A DNA stretch of 64,000 bases from Octopus vulgaris (lineage: Eukaryota), in assembly GCA_951406725.2 (NCBI GenBank), contig OX597819.1:25544001-25608000 (forward strand). Reading direction: 5' to 3'. Each line of letters starts with the position of its first letter. Positions within the stretch are counted from its first letter, which is position 1. A program made the translations under genes and the position numbers. The notes below the pieces were generated by a model. It saw only the letters and a program-made list of their open reading frames with translations. It did not search any database and had not been told where the DNA came from. Of this stretch, positions 1 through 12,568 are shown one piece after another.

Positions 1-343
1 GAAGTAGTGGGGGAGCATCATAGCCATGTGTTGAGAGGGATTCTTTGGGGTTTGAATAGTTCACCTCTGGAAACATGGGTGGTTCTTTAAACATCCTTAA
101 ACAACCCCTATTCAGGGACCTTTTGAGCGGGATGGGCTACTCAACCTGAAGAAAATTCTAACTGGGCCCCACCTGCAAGGTCATGTGCTGTTTATCTTGA
201 TATGAGATCACCATGTCGCGCACATATGGTTGTGATGCATGTGCCTGGTGTACCCTTATCAGACGGGTAGTCATGATGGGTATATTGGGCTTCGTATATT
301 TTACCCCAGTGTCACTTTGATGGCATGAACTGCTCTCTCAGTC
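1..343 (+). mobile_element. Family G non-coding interspersed repeat, cut by the window edge, ending in (TAA)n
   Basis: Reverse complement aligns by eye with 51043-51540 and 52001-52546 (shared 'catgactacccgtctgataagggtacaccaggcacatgcatcac'). Ends directly on the (TAA)n array 344-443. Orientation is relative only. Confidence 0.8.
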
Positions 344-380
<37 letters not shown>

Positions 381-381
381 G

Positions 382-443
<62 letters not shown>
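344..443. repeat. (TAA)n microsatellite
   Basis: Direct reading. Separates family G from the R4/Dong fragment. Confidence 0.97.
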
Positions 444-446
<3 letters not shown>

Positions 447-789
447 GAAATGTGGCATCTCAAGGCGGTTACAATACCAGTGATCGTAGGAGCACTAGGA
501 ATGATCAAGAAGGGAACCGAAAATTATATGAGAATGATCCCTGGCTTACCATCCCTGCAAGAAGTGCAAAAGATTGTCTTAACTGGTACATCACACGTAT
601 TGAGAAGAGCATTGTCGATGTGAGAACTGTTGCTGCTCATGTATTTTAATTTAACTTAAAAAAAAAAAATGAACGAACTATTGAGTTTGGTTTAATGGCC
701 TACCGATGTATACTATGAGTTTCTTTGCCCTAGGAGTCGGGAAGACACTCGGCAAGAAATGGAAGCAAATTTGAAAGAAGAAAAAAAAA

Positions 790-848
<59 letters not shown>
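444..848 (+). mobile_element. 5'-truncated R4/Dong-like non-LTR retrotransposon: RLE C-terminus, 3' UTR and (TAA)n tail
   Basis: Frame 450-623 (not in the ORF track) reads MWHLKAVTIPVIVGALGMIKKGTENYMRMIPGLPSLQEVQKIVLTGTSHVLRRALSM*, matching the W..K...IPVV+GALG...QK..L.GT.H+LRR.L end of R4/Dong-clade ORFs. UTR 624-790, (TAA)n 791-848. Confidence 0.85.
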
Positions 849-2522
849 TCATTGAAGGCGAAATATATAGTGCCTTTATTTTAGAGAATATACCTATAGA
901 GGTTTCTATATATTTTGTTAGAGTAGTATTGAAAAACGTGAAGTAGAAGAAATTTTGAACTGATATCAAAAGTACATATTGTACCCGACATGCGTGAAAC
1001 TTCCACATTACACCAACGTGCGTGCCAAATAAAGCAACAACAATACTGGTCTTTTTTTCGCAACTAGCACTTTGGAACGTTTCTTTATTCTGGTACATTA
1101 AAGCAGCAATTGAAGTTTGTTTCTCTGATGGAGCTACTTCCTGTGGATCTGTTTTAAGTTGCCAAGAACATGAGATATTTTCAGACCACTAATACTTAAA
1201 TATTAATATCTTATGCAGCTTAATATTTGCTGAACATGTATTTAAATATATAAACAACTTTGTGTGTGTGTGTGTGTGTGTTAAGTATGTGTGTGTTTGT
1301 GTAGGCATAGATTGTTAGTTTTCTGTGGTAGTTTAAAAAAAATCAATAATGTTATCTATTTTTGATAAAAGAAAGTAAATGATAGTTGTGGTAACATGTC
1401 TGAATATACTTTAAAATATCTATTTGGCTTTGTAATAAGGAATGTGTTTCATGATGGGCTGACGTACAAACACCAGAGGTACGCTGTCTTTAGCTATCAT
1501 TGACTCTTATATAGCTTTCTGGAAGATTTCTATTATTTCTTTCAACAATTTCTTTTAAGCATAAGTGGGAACAACACAATTTGTTCAATGTGTTTTGGAT
1601 GATAACAATCAAAGCTATTAAAAAATACTTAGAAAAAAGGAAAAATGAACATATCACATATATTGCTGTCTTTTCGAAGTGACAGAATTCAAACATCGAA
1701 CTAATGCTGTTTTCAAATCATTCAAATAATTGACAAAATAATTTATATTGTTTGCTGTTCATGGGTACGTAGTTCATATTCTGCTTCTTTTGACTAACGC
1801 CATATATCTATTATATCTTTCAGTGTTGATAAATGCATTTACTTGGAATAAAATGATGCGGTAATAGTAGCAAGCAATTGTATGAACTGATTCAGCCACT
1901 TAAATTCAGTCTATTCAAATATCATGTTATTTTACTTTGATTTATCACTGTCCGACAGATTCCATAATTGTTTCCAAGGAATGCAATAGAGATAACCATC
2001 TAATATTTCTGAGAAAGTAATAGGGTATTAACTGGAGTTTTTCAATAGCTTTGTCGAACTTTGGCAGCGAAGTAACTCAATAAGTGCTGAACGGCAATTT
2101 AGAAGTTGAACTTCTCCGAAATGTAGACAATGAATATGTGAAACGTTTTGTGTGATCGGATTTCTACAAGGTCACAGCCCATAAATAGTGACCACAAACT
2201 GCTTTGCAGTTTAAGGACATGAACTAAATGGGTCCTGTTCGAAGGATTTTAGTGAAATCGCCTACTGTACCAATCAGCAGCGTAATGTCACCGTAATGTG
2301 TTCTAAACGTGTTTAGGAATCAAGAGAGAAGACTAAATTGCTTTATATTGTATATAGGACAAAAGAGGTATTCCATTCAGTTAACAGAAAGAAATCTCGA
2401 TTAACGTTGATTAGTAAGGTTTTTACTGACGATGATGTCATAAAGTTTAGAGTAATTTATATGTACGTTTAATATATGCAATATTGCTGAAGCACTGTTG
2501 GTAACTTTCGCTAGGCTGTGGG

Positions 2523-2568
<46 letters not shown>

Positions 2569-3205
2569 GTATATACAAAGAAAGAGAGAGAGAAGATAGA
2601 GAGAGAGGTGGGTAGATACATTCATACACTCACATACACATATGTATGTCTGTTTGTGTATGCATATACAAGCCTCGTTAAACACACAAATTGCAACAAA
2701 TGCTAATCTCTACTATCGCTGACGTAACGATGACAACGCTTCTGCTCTCTCACAGACATGCTTAAGACAACTGAAGAAAAAGAATTTTCTGGATGACTAG
2801 AAAATTTTTTATGACTAACACGCTACGGCTATTAACGCACAGACGTTATTATTTGCATATATCTATATTTTACGTTGCAATTATAACGGTTTCTGCTATT
2901 CTATGATCTAGGAATTTGTACACCATTTTCGCCTAATTCCCTCTGATGAACCTGTCTTTCTCTTTTTATATTGTATTCCGTCACCCCTACTTTCTTTGCT
3001 TCCACATAAAAAAAAAACTTTACTCTCTCACTTCTCACAAATGTAGTTATCAGAAATCCATTCCCTCTTTGCCTCACTTTTCATATAACCGCAAGAATTT
3101 ACAGATAAGCATCAGCTGTTTCACATCACTAGTATGAGATAGCATTCAATTTTTATTAGTACTTTCACCTCTAACTCCCATTAATTACAACGTATATCAT
3201 ATAAG

Positions 3206-3510
3206 TGGAGGCGAAATGGCCCAGTGGTTAGGGCAGCGGTCGGATGATCGCGGTTTCGATTCCCAGATCGGGCGTTGAGTGTGTTTATTGAGCGAAAACA
3301 CCTAAAAGCTCCACGAGGCCCCAGCAGGGAGTGGTGCTGACCCCTGTTGTACTCTTTCGCCACAACTTTCTCTCACTCTCTCTTCCTGTTTCTTGTGTAA
3401 CGCTGCGATGGACTGGCGTCCCGTCCAGCTTGGGGAACACTTACGCCACAGAGACCGGGAAACCGGGCCCATGAGCCTGGCTAGGCTTGAAAAGGGTGCC
3501 GTTTATCATC
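3206..3510 (+). mobile_element. tRNA-derived SINE family F, tail type 1
   Basis: Pol III A-box 'tggcccagtgg' and B-box 'gtttcgattcc'. Head and body shared with the 18383 and 25652 copies. Near-perfect TSD atat(c/g)atataag at 3194-3205 and 3511-3522. Confidence 0.85.
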
Positions 3511-4914
3511 ATATGATATAAGGGTATCCTCAAGATCCTGAAGGAACGGAGCATTCATTCTAAAGAGACTAATTTTTTAAAATGATTAATTAGATCCTCA
3601 TTTGTGAAAGATATTCGGTATTAATCAATGAAATATTAGCAATATCTGCAATCGATGCAATCGATTATCGCTAGTCAATCATTTTGGTAAAAATTATATC
3701 TTATTTACACATCATTCACCCGTCAAATACAAGTACAATCGCACGCATATTCACACATCCATTCTCTAATACTTACACATTAAGGTGACATCTAATTAGG
3801 AGAAAAACAGTCTGGTGTATTGGCGTTGAGTAAAATTACAACGAAACACATAATTACTTTGACTATAGTCAACTTTTATTCTGAAGTAAATGTAAGTTGA
3901 AAGAGACAAAATAGTGCTGATTGATTTTTAATTAAGAACAAACTAAGATAATTGTACAAAACCATTAATATGATTCTTTCGACCGTGTTAAAATACACTA
4001 CAGTTTTTTTCTTTCCTTTCAAAATCTTATCTATTATTATAATCATACTTAATTCAATTATGTTTTGCTATCCATAATCATGTTCTTAATATATTACTTT
4101 ATCTAAAAGGTTTCATGAAATTTCAGCTTATCTTACAGTTTTGGAACTTAATAAAATTCAGTGTATCACTTGTTTTTAAGGTGGGCTGACGTCTGGAAAA
4201 TACGTTTACCTCTTATCTGTCTGGTTAACATATTCTACAATACATCCGTGAAATTTGATAACACTAGTAAAATCAGTAATATGGTGTTAGCTTCTAATAC
4301 ACATGTTCATTTCTAGCAACCAATTCATGTCGTTGTCTTCCCTATTATGGTCGATATCATTTCAGTAGCGACATTTAATGATTCCTGAAATTCTAGCCAC
4401 TTTATTCAGATTAAAATTTTCTTTTATATTATGAACTATTTATTTCTTCACAACTCATTGCAACAACAAATGGACAACTGTTTAAAATTCGGCTAAAATA
4501 ATTCGCAGGCTGAAGAGCGGTAACAGCATCGGATGGCTCGCAGTATTTGTTTCGGTTCTTTGCCTTCCGAGTTCAAATTCCATCTACTTTGCTTGGAAAG
4601 TTGACTTGCCTTGTAATCTAGTATAACACTATCACTTGACAGTGCGGCTCCATAAAATAGGGTCTAATCTGTTGCAGGAATTTAGGCCATATCTTCGATT
4701 AGAGTATCTCTCCCACCAGTTTTGGGGGCCTGGTGAAAGGAGATAGACACAGTTCCTTCTCATTTAAAATGTAAAACAAAAAGAAAGCTAATATTGATGT
4801 TTAACATTGAAGTGAGCGTCTCAGATTTGGGTGGGGTAGAAGCAATATCTATAACAATATTCGCCTGTAGTGTGCATATTTTCGTATGTGTCTATGTTTG
4901 TATACGTGTGTGTG

Positions 4915-4964
<50 letters not shown>

Positions 4965-5010
4965 CAGTATATATATATATATATATACTTATATATATAT
5001 ATGTACATAC

Positions 5011-5050
<40 letters not shown>

Positions 5051-5051
<1 letters not shown>

Positions 5052-5220
5052 TCTTTTACTCTCTTTTTACTCTTTTACTTGTTTCAGTCATTTAACTTAT
5101 TCTTTGTAAGCCCAGTACTTATTCTATCGGTCTCTTTTGCCGAACCGCTAAGTGACGGGGACGTAAACACACCAGCATCGGTTGTCAAGCAATGCTAGGG
5201 AGACAAACACAGACACACAA

Positions 5221-5265
<45 letters not shown>

Positions 5266-5434
5266 TATATACCTATATACGACAGGCTTCGTTCAGTTTC
5301 CAAATCCACTCACAAGGCATTGGTCGGCCCGAGGCTACAGTAGAAGACACTTGCCCAAAGTGCCACGCGGTGGGACTGAACCCGGAACCATGTGGTTGGT
5401 TATCAAGCTACTTACCACACAGCCACTCCTGCGC

Positions 5435-5435
<1 letters not shown>
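5051..5435 (-). mobile_element. tRNA-derived SINE family A (CORE-like segment, internal (TA)n(TG)n, (AGTAAAAG)n tail)
   Basis: Matches copies at 24169, 28343, 38125 and 61519. Internal deletion near the tail. Confidence 0.9.
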
Positions 5436-5495
<60 letters not shown>

Positions 5496-5509
5496 ACATA
5501 GTGCATACA

Positions 5510-5745
5510 ACATATCCATCAACAGGCCCTGCCCTATTTAACATTGTCTTAATACAGATGTAAGAGGAAAAGGAACCCCTCACCTTTAAATGGAATCTGG
5601 ACACATTTCTTCAAGGAATACCAGATGAGCCATCTATACCTGGATAAAACTCACTTAACAAGAACTCCCAACTCGAGTGGGCTGTAATACCACAAAACAT
5701 GACTTAAAAAGGATTTAGATAATCCTATCAGGCGCTGCTATTAGG
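5510..5745 (+). mobile_element. Degenerate CR1-group LINE 3' end
   Basis: Reads STGPALFNIV...FKWNLDTFLQGIPDEPSIPG, like the GP.LFN.LP...FK..LD.FL..+PD.P C-terminus. 'caggcgctgctattaggt' resembles the 3' stub at 50803-50877. Confidence 0.6.
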
Positions 5746-5747
5746 TG

Positions 5748-5794
<47 letters not shown>

Positions 5795-5965
5795 GGGTGA
5801 ATTCACACAAAAAAAGAGACCAAGACAGATGTATTAGAATAACGCTCAGGAAGTGAAAAGTCTTTAACGTTTCGAGCCTACGCTCTTCCACAGAAAGGAA
5901 CACAGAAAGAAACAAGGAGAGAAAATAAAGAATGTGTAGTGGCTAGCGATCTATCATGGCGATGT
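5795..5965 (-). mobile_element. Penelope-like element terminal repeat fragment with hammerhead-like motif
   Basis: Related copies at 11868-12020 and 61334-61428. Minus strand contains 'ctttCTGTGGAaGAGCgtagGCTCGAAAcgTTaaag'. Confidence 0.65.
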
Positions 5966-6274
5966 TTGAGATATACGCATATGTTTCTATATACATTATA
6001 ATAATTATATATGCATGTACATATGTATGAAAATGTATATATTTGCGTACTAAGTATAGAGCAGAAACGTAAACAATTCTCAATACCAAAGTTAGAGTGC
6101 AATTCATAAATGTAACAGCTTGCATGTTTCACCTGGTTATTTGATATACACCTTTACGGCCATAAAACTGGATTTTTAGTGCCTAGGTAGTTACATTTCA
6201 TGTACAAACTGATGATAGAAACATAAAATTTGAACAGAGTCGTGGTGTCAGTCCTTGCAGTTATGCGTGCATAA

Positions 6275-6405
6275 ATACATACATACATACATACATACAT
6301 ACATACATACATACATACATACATACATACACACACATACATACATACATTCATGCATACATACATACATACATACATACATACATACATACATTCATAC
6401 ATACA
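6275..6405. repeat. (TACA)n microsatellite
   Basis: Direct reading. Similar arrays at 34322-34562, 35785-35922, 37475-37543 and 58065-58160. Confidence 0.95.
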
Positions 6406-6639
6406 TATATACGACTTACGCGTACCTATAAATATATATAATTAATATAGACAACAGTCTATAATTGTCACTAAATATGACTAGGGTGTTAGAAATACCT
6501 ACATTACTAAAAATAAGAGCTAAATGCTCTAATGCTGTTGTCAAAGCACATAATTGTATACATATACACAGAGGAGGACAATAATCACCCGAAAACACCG
6601 ATCGTGATATAGATATCTATCTATACCTATATCTATATC

Positions 6640-6670
<31 letters not shown>

Positions 6671-6681
6671 CTTTCTAACTA

Positions 6682-6712
<31 letters not shown>

Positions 6713-7589
6713 ATCTATATATATATACATATATATAGGGATAGATAAATATTTTGAATCTATTCACAAGCACGCATAAAGACACATATACACGCGCTTA
6801 CTTACACACAACACATATCTTTTCATTCTATCAGCTATCTAACTATCTATCTATCTGTATATCTACCGCTCTCCCCGCCTTTCTGTGTATATGTTCATGT
6901 ATATATGTATGCGTGTATTATATGTATATACATTTTGTTAGAGATTTGAAAGTTGTCAGAAGTGGAAAAGATGCGAATATAATCAAATAACTATTTGAAC
7001 GTTTCATTTAAGATTAGTAATACGTCTGTAGTAAGTTATGTGCTAAATGTAATAACAAGATCACTGAATTCAATTTCAACTTTACTGGTATGTCTTGTGC
7101 AGCAAAGTGCACACCTATGATGTTAGAATATAGGTATTTGTCAAGTAGCTTATGGTATATGGAACGACTTAAACCAGATGTAATTTTGTGGTATATATTA
7201 CTAATTGTCTTGAAGGTTTGGTGCAAACAGATTAATGAATCAATTTAATGGCAGTCTAGATTTACCCAATGATATATTAAGTACTTCTGGAATTATTCTG
7301 AGCTGACAATTTCTTTGCAAATTAGATGTTTGAGATTATTACCAATTATTGTTCATATTGATGGCAAATTTCGTCAAAAGTAACAATTTAATGAATGTAT
7401 GCTTAATATATACCATAAGTTAGCCACATAATTTAGATGTATATTGTATTAACAGATTTCCTAGGATCCCACTTCCTTCTATCTAGTTTTTCTCTTATTG
7501 GCTACACTTCTGCTTTGGGGTCGTATTTTCCTCTGTGAATTCCGTTTCGAAAGTATTCGTTCTCTTACTAGGAAATCTGAACGATTTCA

Positions 7590-7725
7590 ACGGGTGAAAG
7601 TTGGTTTTCTTGTGACATGAAGTAGAATAACTTGCTCAAAAACATAGCGCGCCGCAGGGAATCATACTCGTGACTTTACAATCGTGGGCCGAATACCTCT
7701 AACCACTGAGCCACGCACCTTCGCT
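7590..7725 (-). mobile_element. Degenerate tRNA-derived SINE head
   Basis: Minus strand 'ggtgcgtggctcagtggttagaggtattcggcccacgattgtaaagtcacgagtatgattccc' has an A-box and a decayed B-box. Confidence 0.55.
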
Positions 7726-8207
7726 CTCTTAACCGTAGAGTAAAGGAATGAAGCGATAAAGACAGAGAAAAGAAAGCCGCAGTCATTTACAAAGACAATT
7801 GGACTGAAATACTATCCGTCTTTTCTATCTTCTTTACTTTTAACAATGAAGAAGAGGGAAAGTCTTACGGGTGTTTACGCTTTTATTCTGGAAGTTCTAA
7901 AAGGATGGAGTATTAGTTATCTCTTCTTTCCCCCCAGCCCCGGTACTAATTCGCCTTTGATATTCTTCATGTCTTTTAGTTGGTGGGGGAGACCATGTTT
8001 TTTTTTAAAGGAACATTTAACATTTTCTCTAAAAACTACAAACAAGCCCCCACTCTCCCTTTTTTTTTCATACAAAAACTAATGTAAATTTCGAAGGGGG
8101 TACAGCTGTAAGAAGAGCCCAGAAAATGGGTAATACCCCCTACAAAATAACTGGGGGAGAAAAGTTGCCAACTGGTGGCTACACGAAATTCAACTCTGTA
8201 CTTTAAA

Positions 8208-8284
8208 GAGTGTCTTCTACTATAGCCTCGGGCCAACCAAAGCCTCGTGAGTGCATTTGGTAGATAGAAACTGAAAGAATCCCG

Positions 8285-8326
<42 letters not shown>

Positions 8327-8478
8327 AACGTATTTTTATTTGTGTGTGTTTGTGTCTGTGTTTGTTCCACCACCACCATTGTTTGACAACCGATGTTGGT
8401 GTGTTTGAGTCCCTGTACCTTAGCTGTTTGACAGAAAAGACTGATAGAATAAGCACCAGGCATACAGGGAATAAGTCT
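8208..8478 (+). mobile_element. SINE family A, truncated at both ends
   Basis: 'gtgtcttctactatagcctcgggcc...' plus internal (TA)n. Abuts the transposase relic. Confidence 0.85.
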
Positions 8479-9257
8479 CCTGCCACTCTTCTGGACGGTG
8501 TCCTTGTTTAAGTTACTGAATGCTGCCCTAATCCTTGCCTTCAGTTCATTTTTTGGTGTTACAAGGTGTTTTGTTGGTCTTTCGCACAACTGCACCCCAC
8601 ACATAATAATCAAGAGAGTTGCAGTGTTGGGTGTTCAGTGGCCAGATATTAGGGGGGATGTAGTCACAGAAATTGCCTGATAGCCATGACCGGGTTCTTC
8701 TGCTTGTGTGGCATGTTGCAGAGTTTTGTTGCCAGACATAGGGTCTTCCAGCAGCCACCCTCTTGACCGGGCGCAGCACTACCTCCTCCAAGAAATTTAT
8801 GTAGGCCTCCGTGTTGAGTGTGAGGCCGTGTGGGAAGATGAATGGAGGCATGACGTCGTCATCATTAGTGATTACTCCAAACACCATGATGTTGACTGGA
8901 AGTTTGATTTTTATGACTCTCAGTGCACGTTCTGGTCACACGGTTGTTCTGTGTGTTCACCAGCGGATCCTGGCAAAATTTTTTCTCGTCTGAGGAAAAC
9001 CAAAACATGTTCGGTTGGGGGTGATCCTTGAGTTTGTTAAAAAGCTTTGTAGTGCAGCCTTTTCTCTTGCCCATGACGACTTGGGATAAAGATTGGCCTT
9101 TTCTCATATTGTATGATGAATACCGAATGTCTTCAAAGACTACCAGCCTGATAAGAAACTCAGACATTCCCATGTCCTTGGTGATGGACCTTTTTGACTT
9201 GGACAGATCGTTGTTAATCATGGCCTGGATCTTACCAATAAATTCAGGATTTCTTTT

Positions 9258-9260
<3 letters not shown>
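8479..9260 (-). pseudogene. Tc1/mariner superfamily transposase relic, maT (DD37D) type
   Basis: Frameshifted ORFs 8865-9221, 8546-8887 and part of 8203-8613 give FSSDEK...YVWQQNSATCHTS...WPLNTQHCNSLDYYVWG. I count 37 residues between the second acidic position (here N) and the third D. Confidence 0.88.
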
Positions 9261-9284
<24 letters not shown>

Positions 9285-9294
<10 letters not shown>

Positions 9295-9695
9295 AAATCC
9301 GTTCTGTCTGCCTGTGTGTGTGTCTTCTGGGATTTCGGGCATCCTCCGTCCGATTGCGCTCAAATTTGATATTGTAGATACCGACGGTATCAGAGCGTGT
9401 ATAAGTCTTGAAAAAAATTTATAAAAATTGATTCCAGGTGAGAATGCGATCGATAACGCCGTGGGAAACTGCTTTTGTACGCGCGAGTACATCAGCTGTT
9501 GCGATCGATACTACGCGTACGCGAGAAAAAGTCTATCTATATTTCTTCTTTTGCTGGAATCTCAAATTTAGGTTAAATCAGTGTTTCTCAAAGGGGAGGC
9601 CTATGGGACGATCGGACAAGTTGTTTTGAAAAATTTCGCTTAAATGTTTGACAACTCAGCACAGTCCATTGGATCTGGTGAGGGGCGTTTTGCTC

Positions 9696-9697
<2 letters not shown>
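9285..9697 (+). mobile_element. Helitron-like family D, 5' portion, embedded in (TA)n
   Basis: Aligns with the element starting at 32559 ('catcctcc(g/a)tccgattgcgctcaaatttgat...gataccgacggtatcag'), which begins A|TCTATTATATAAAA like a Helitron. Confidence 0.6.
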
Positions 9698-9726
<29 letters not shown>

Positions 9727-9727
9727 A

Positions 9728-9905
9728 CGTGGTTGGTGAAAGGAAGGGCATTCAACCGTAACAACCCTGCGAAAGCAGACAGGCCTGGTACATTCTTTTG
9801 CCCAGCCAGCCCCTGTCCAACTGACCAAGCTGTGCCAGCCAGTACGTAAACAGACGTTAAACGATGATGATAATAATAATAATGATGATGATGATGATGA
9901 TTATG
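9728..9905 (+). mobile_element. Retroposon 3' end with (GAT)n/(AAT)n tail
   Basis: 'ggttggtgaaaggaagggcattcaaccgta...agacgttaaacgatgatga' has the form of an RTE-type SINE/LINE tail (recalled). Confidence 0.55.
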
Positions 9906-11219
9906 ATATTTAAAGTCTGCTCGCACTGGAAGCAGTGGTGTAAGAGGCCTGTAGACGGTTTTAATTAAACGACTGTGGTCTGCATTTATATCCAAATCGT
10001 TACTTGACAACGGATATATAGAGATATACAAATTTTCTTTCTCTTTGTTTCTCTCTCTCTCTTTCTCCCTCTTTCTATATGCACACTGATAATAATATTT
10101 TTACTGAAAAGTGTCTGTTTTGAAATAGTTTTGAAAAATATGTCATCTATCGAAGGTACATTCACATTTAAAAACTAAACCATACTAATCTACTGTTAAG
10201 GAAATCTTTCATGTTATATAGTTGCAAGCGACTGTCCTAGTTCAATATTTATCTATATTCAAAAGCAACCATCGCTGGCTCTCGTAAATTGGTGCCATGA
10301 ATGGCATGAGTGACTACTCTTACCCTTTCTCCATCTCTCTCTCTCCACCTCTCTCGCCATCTCTGTCTCTGTCCCTCTCGTTCTCTCTGTCTATCACTCA
10401 CATACAACCTGTGCGCTTTAAGCAGCAGGAATATTCTCCAATCAACGGTTGGTTCTTTATTTTGCTCTGTTGCATTCAAACTATCGTACAGAGATGGTGA
10501 AAGGCATTAGGAAGTCGTTTTTAGATATTTCGGTTTCGGACTTTGCTTCTGAATAGAACTGGTGGTGATATTTGGTGTGTTTACTATCATCAATTAAACT
10601 AAATATTTCAACACGTCGGATTCCATGACGACAAATATAATGGCGAAGAAAAAGACGCCGCCGCCGCCGACGACGACGACGACGATGAATACGAATATAC
10701 ATGGTAGAAGCATTAGTAGAATTTCAATTCCTGCAAGCTAGCTTTCTATGGGTGAATGTGTGTGTGTGTGTGTGTATGTGTGTTTTTTCTTCTTAGTTTT
10801 ATACTGGTGGATATTTACTAATGAGGTTGGTCCTGGTTTACATAAAGACCCAGCTGTATTGCTTGATAAAGAATTCTAGGAGACAGAAAGGCCTGTTGGA
10901 TTAGTTTTACTTCATGAAATACTTAAAGCCAACAACGACGTAAAAACAAACAAACAAACAAACAAAACAACACAGAAAAACCGCCGCCGCCGCCGCCTTC
11001 AACACCACCACCACCACCACCACCACCCCACCACTATTCTAATTCTATCAGCAGCAGCTCCTCCAGCCACAGACAGTGACAACACTTGGCTTTCATTATT
11101 GATTTACATTGTTTTCACGTGTTTGTGAAAGCGTGTCTGTGTGTGAGGAAATGTGCGTACATATGGGAATCGTTCTGAGAAGGCTTGAGTATGTGTATTT
11201 ATATATATGTTCGTATAAG

Positions 11220-11450
11220 GCGGCGAGCTGGCAGAGACGTTAGCACGCCGGGCGAAGTGCTTCGCGGTATTTCGCCCGTCGCTACGTTCTGAGTTCAAAT
11301 TCCGCCGAGGTCGACTTTGCCTTTCATCCTTTCGGGGTCGATAAATTAAGTAGCAGTTACGCACTGGGGCCGATGTAATCGACTTAATCCGTTTGTCTGT
11401 CCTTGTTTGTCCCCTCTATGTTTAGCCCCTTGTGGGTAGTAAAGAAACAT
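11220..11450 (+). mobile_element. tRNA-derived SINE family B, full length
   Basis: B-box 'gttcaaattcc' and central 'gcctttcatcctttcggggtcgataaattaagta' (resembles the Deu/Nin domain, recalled). 19-bp TSD atatatatgttcgtataag at 11201-11219 and 11451-11469. Confidence 0.92.
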
Positions 11451-11640
11451 ATATATATGTTCGTATAAGCCTATATTGATGTCTAAGTAAATATACACGA
11501 TATCTTTCTATGCGATTATTTATAGGTCTCTTTCTCTAGATCCGTTAAAGTCGAAATAATTTTGTATACCTTGGTTGTGCAGTCTTCTGTGTACTTGTGT
11601 AAGTTCTAGATGTGTACATGCATGAATATATACATATATG

Positions 11641-11805
11641 GACGCAGGCATGACTGTGTGGTAAAAAATTTTGCATCCCGACCATATGGCTCAGGGCTCT
11701 GTCCCACTGCGTGGCACGTTGCGCAGATGTCTTCAGCTATAGCTTCGGGTCGACCAAAGCCTTGTGAGTTGATTTAATAGACGCAAACTGAAAAAAGTCA
11801 GTCAG

Positions 11806-11810
<5 letters not shown>
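11641..11810 (+). mobile_element. Old SINE family A, 5' half
   Basis: Diverged head up to the internal (TA)n. Matching 3' half at 13875-14090. Confidence 0.75.
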
Positions 11811-11867
<57 letters not shown>

Positions 11868-11869
<2 letters not shown>

Positions 11870-12020
11870 AGAATTCACAAAAACAAAAGACGAAACAGGT
11901 GGTGTAGACAACAAACAAATGTATTAGTATAACGCTCGGGAAGTGAAAAAGTCTTCTACAGAAAGGAACACACAAATAAACAAGGAGAGAAAATAAAGAA
12001 TGTCTAGTGGCCAGCGATCA
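11868..12020 (-). mobile_element. Penelope-like terminal repeat fragment, ribozyme helices II/III deleted
   Basis: Same family as 5795-5965 but reads 'aaagtcttctacagaaagg' where that copy has the hammerhead. Confidence 0.6.
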
Positions 12021-12028
12021 ATCAATCA

Positions 12029-12072
<44 letters not shown>

Positions 12073-12106
12073 CTATGTATCTTCTCTCTCTCTCTCTCTC
12101 TCTCTA

Positions 12107-12154
<48 letters not shown>

Positions 12155-12172
12155 CACACATATATATATATA

Positions 12173-12568
12173 CTAGCAGTATCGCCCGGCGTTGCTCGGG
12201 TTTGTAAGGGAAATAACTATATAAGCATTTTTAGAGAGTTATAGCCCAAAATTAGCAAAAAATGCATTAAAATTTGAAAAAAAATTAAGGTAAATTTTTT
12301 TTTAAATCGTTGACACATCGTAGATATTTTTAGAGAGTTACTTCCCTTATATACAAAAGCGAAAAAAATGCATTAAAATGGAAAAATATGATGGTAAATT
12401 TTTTAAAATCGTAGACTCATCGTAGACGCGCGCTAATACCCAGAAGGGCTCGATATGAATCACGACTATAAGATACCCGCTTTTGGTTAAACTGCACCGC
12501 AAAATGTGGGAGTAGTTAGGAATCTAAATCGTAGGAGACAGACACACAACTTCACTCTTATATAAAGA
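12173..12568 (-). mobile_element. Non-autonomous Helitron family C, subtype 1
   Basis: 5' TC, 3' CTAG, subterminal hairpin cccgagcaacgccggg, sits between A and T with no TSD. Confidence 0.9.

Noticed and set aside
452-649. 65-aa ORF MASQGG... with an apparent paralogue at 53849-54082
   Set aside because: Off-frame reading. The meaningful frame is the R4/Dong RLE C-terminus (450-623).
960-1090. Possible GIY-YIG relic (ETSTLHQRA..QIKQQQY)
   Set aside because: Too degenerate to call without a profile search.
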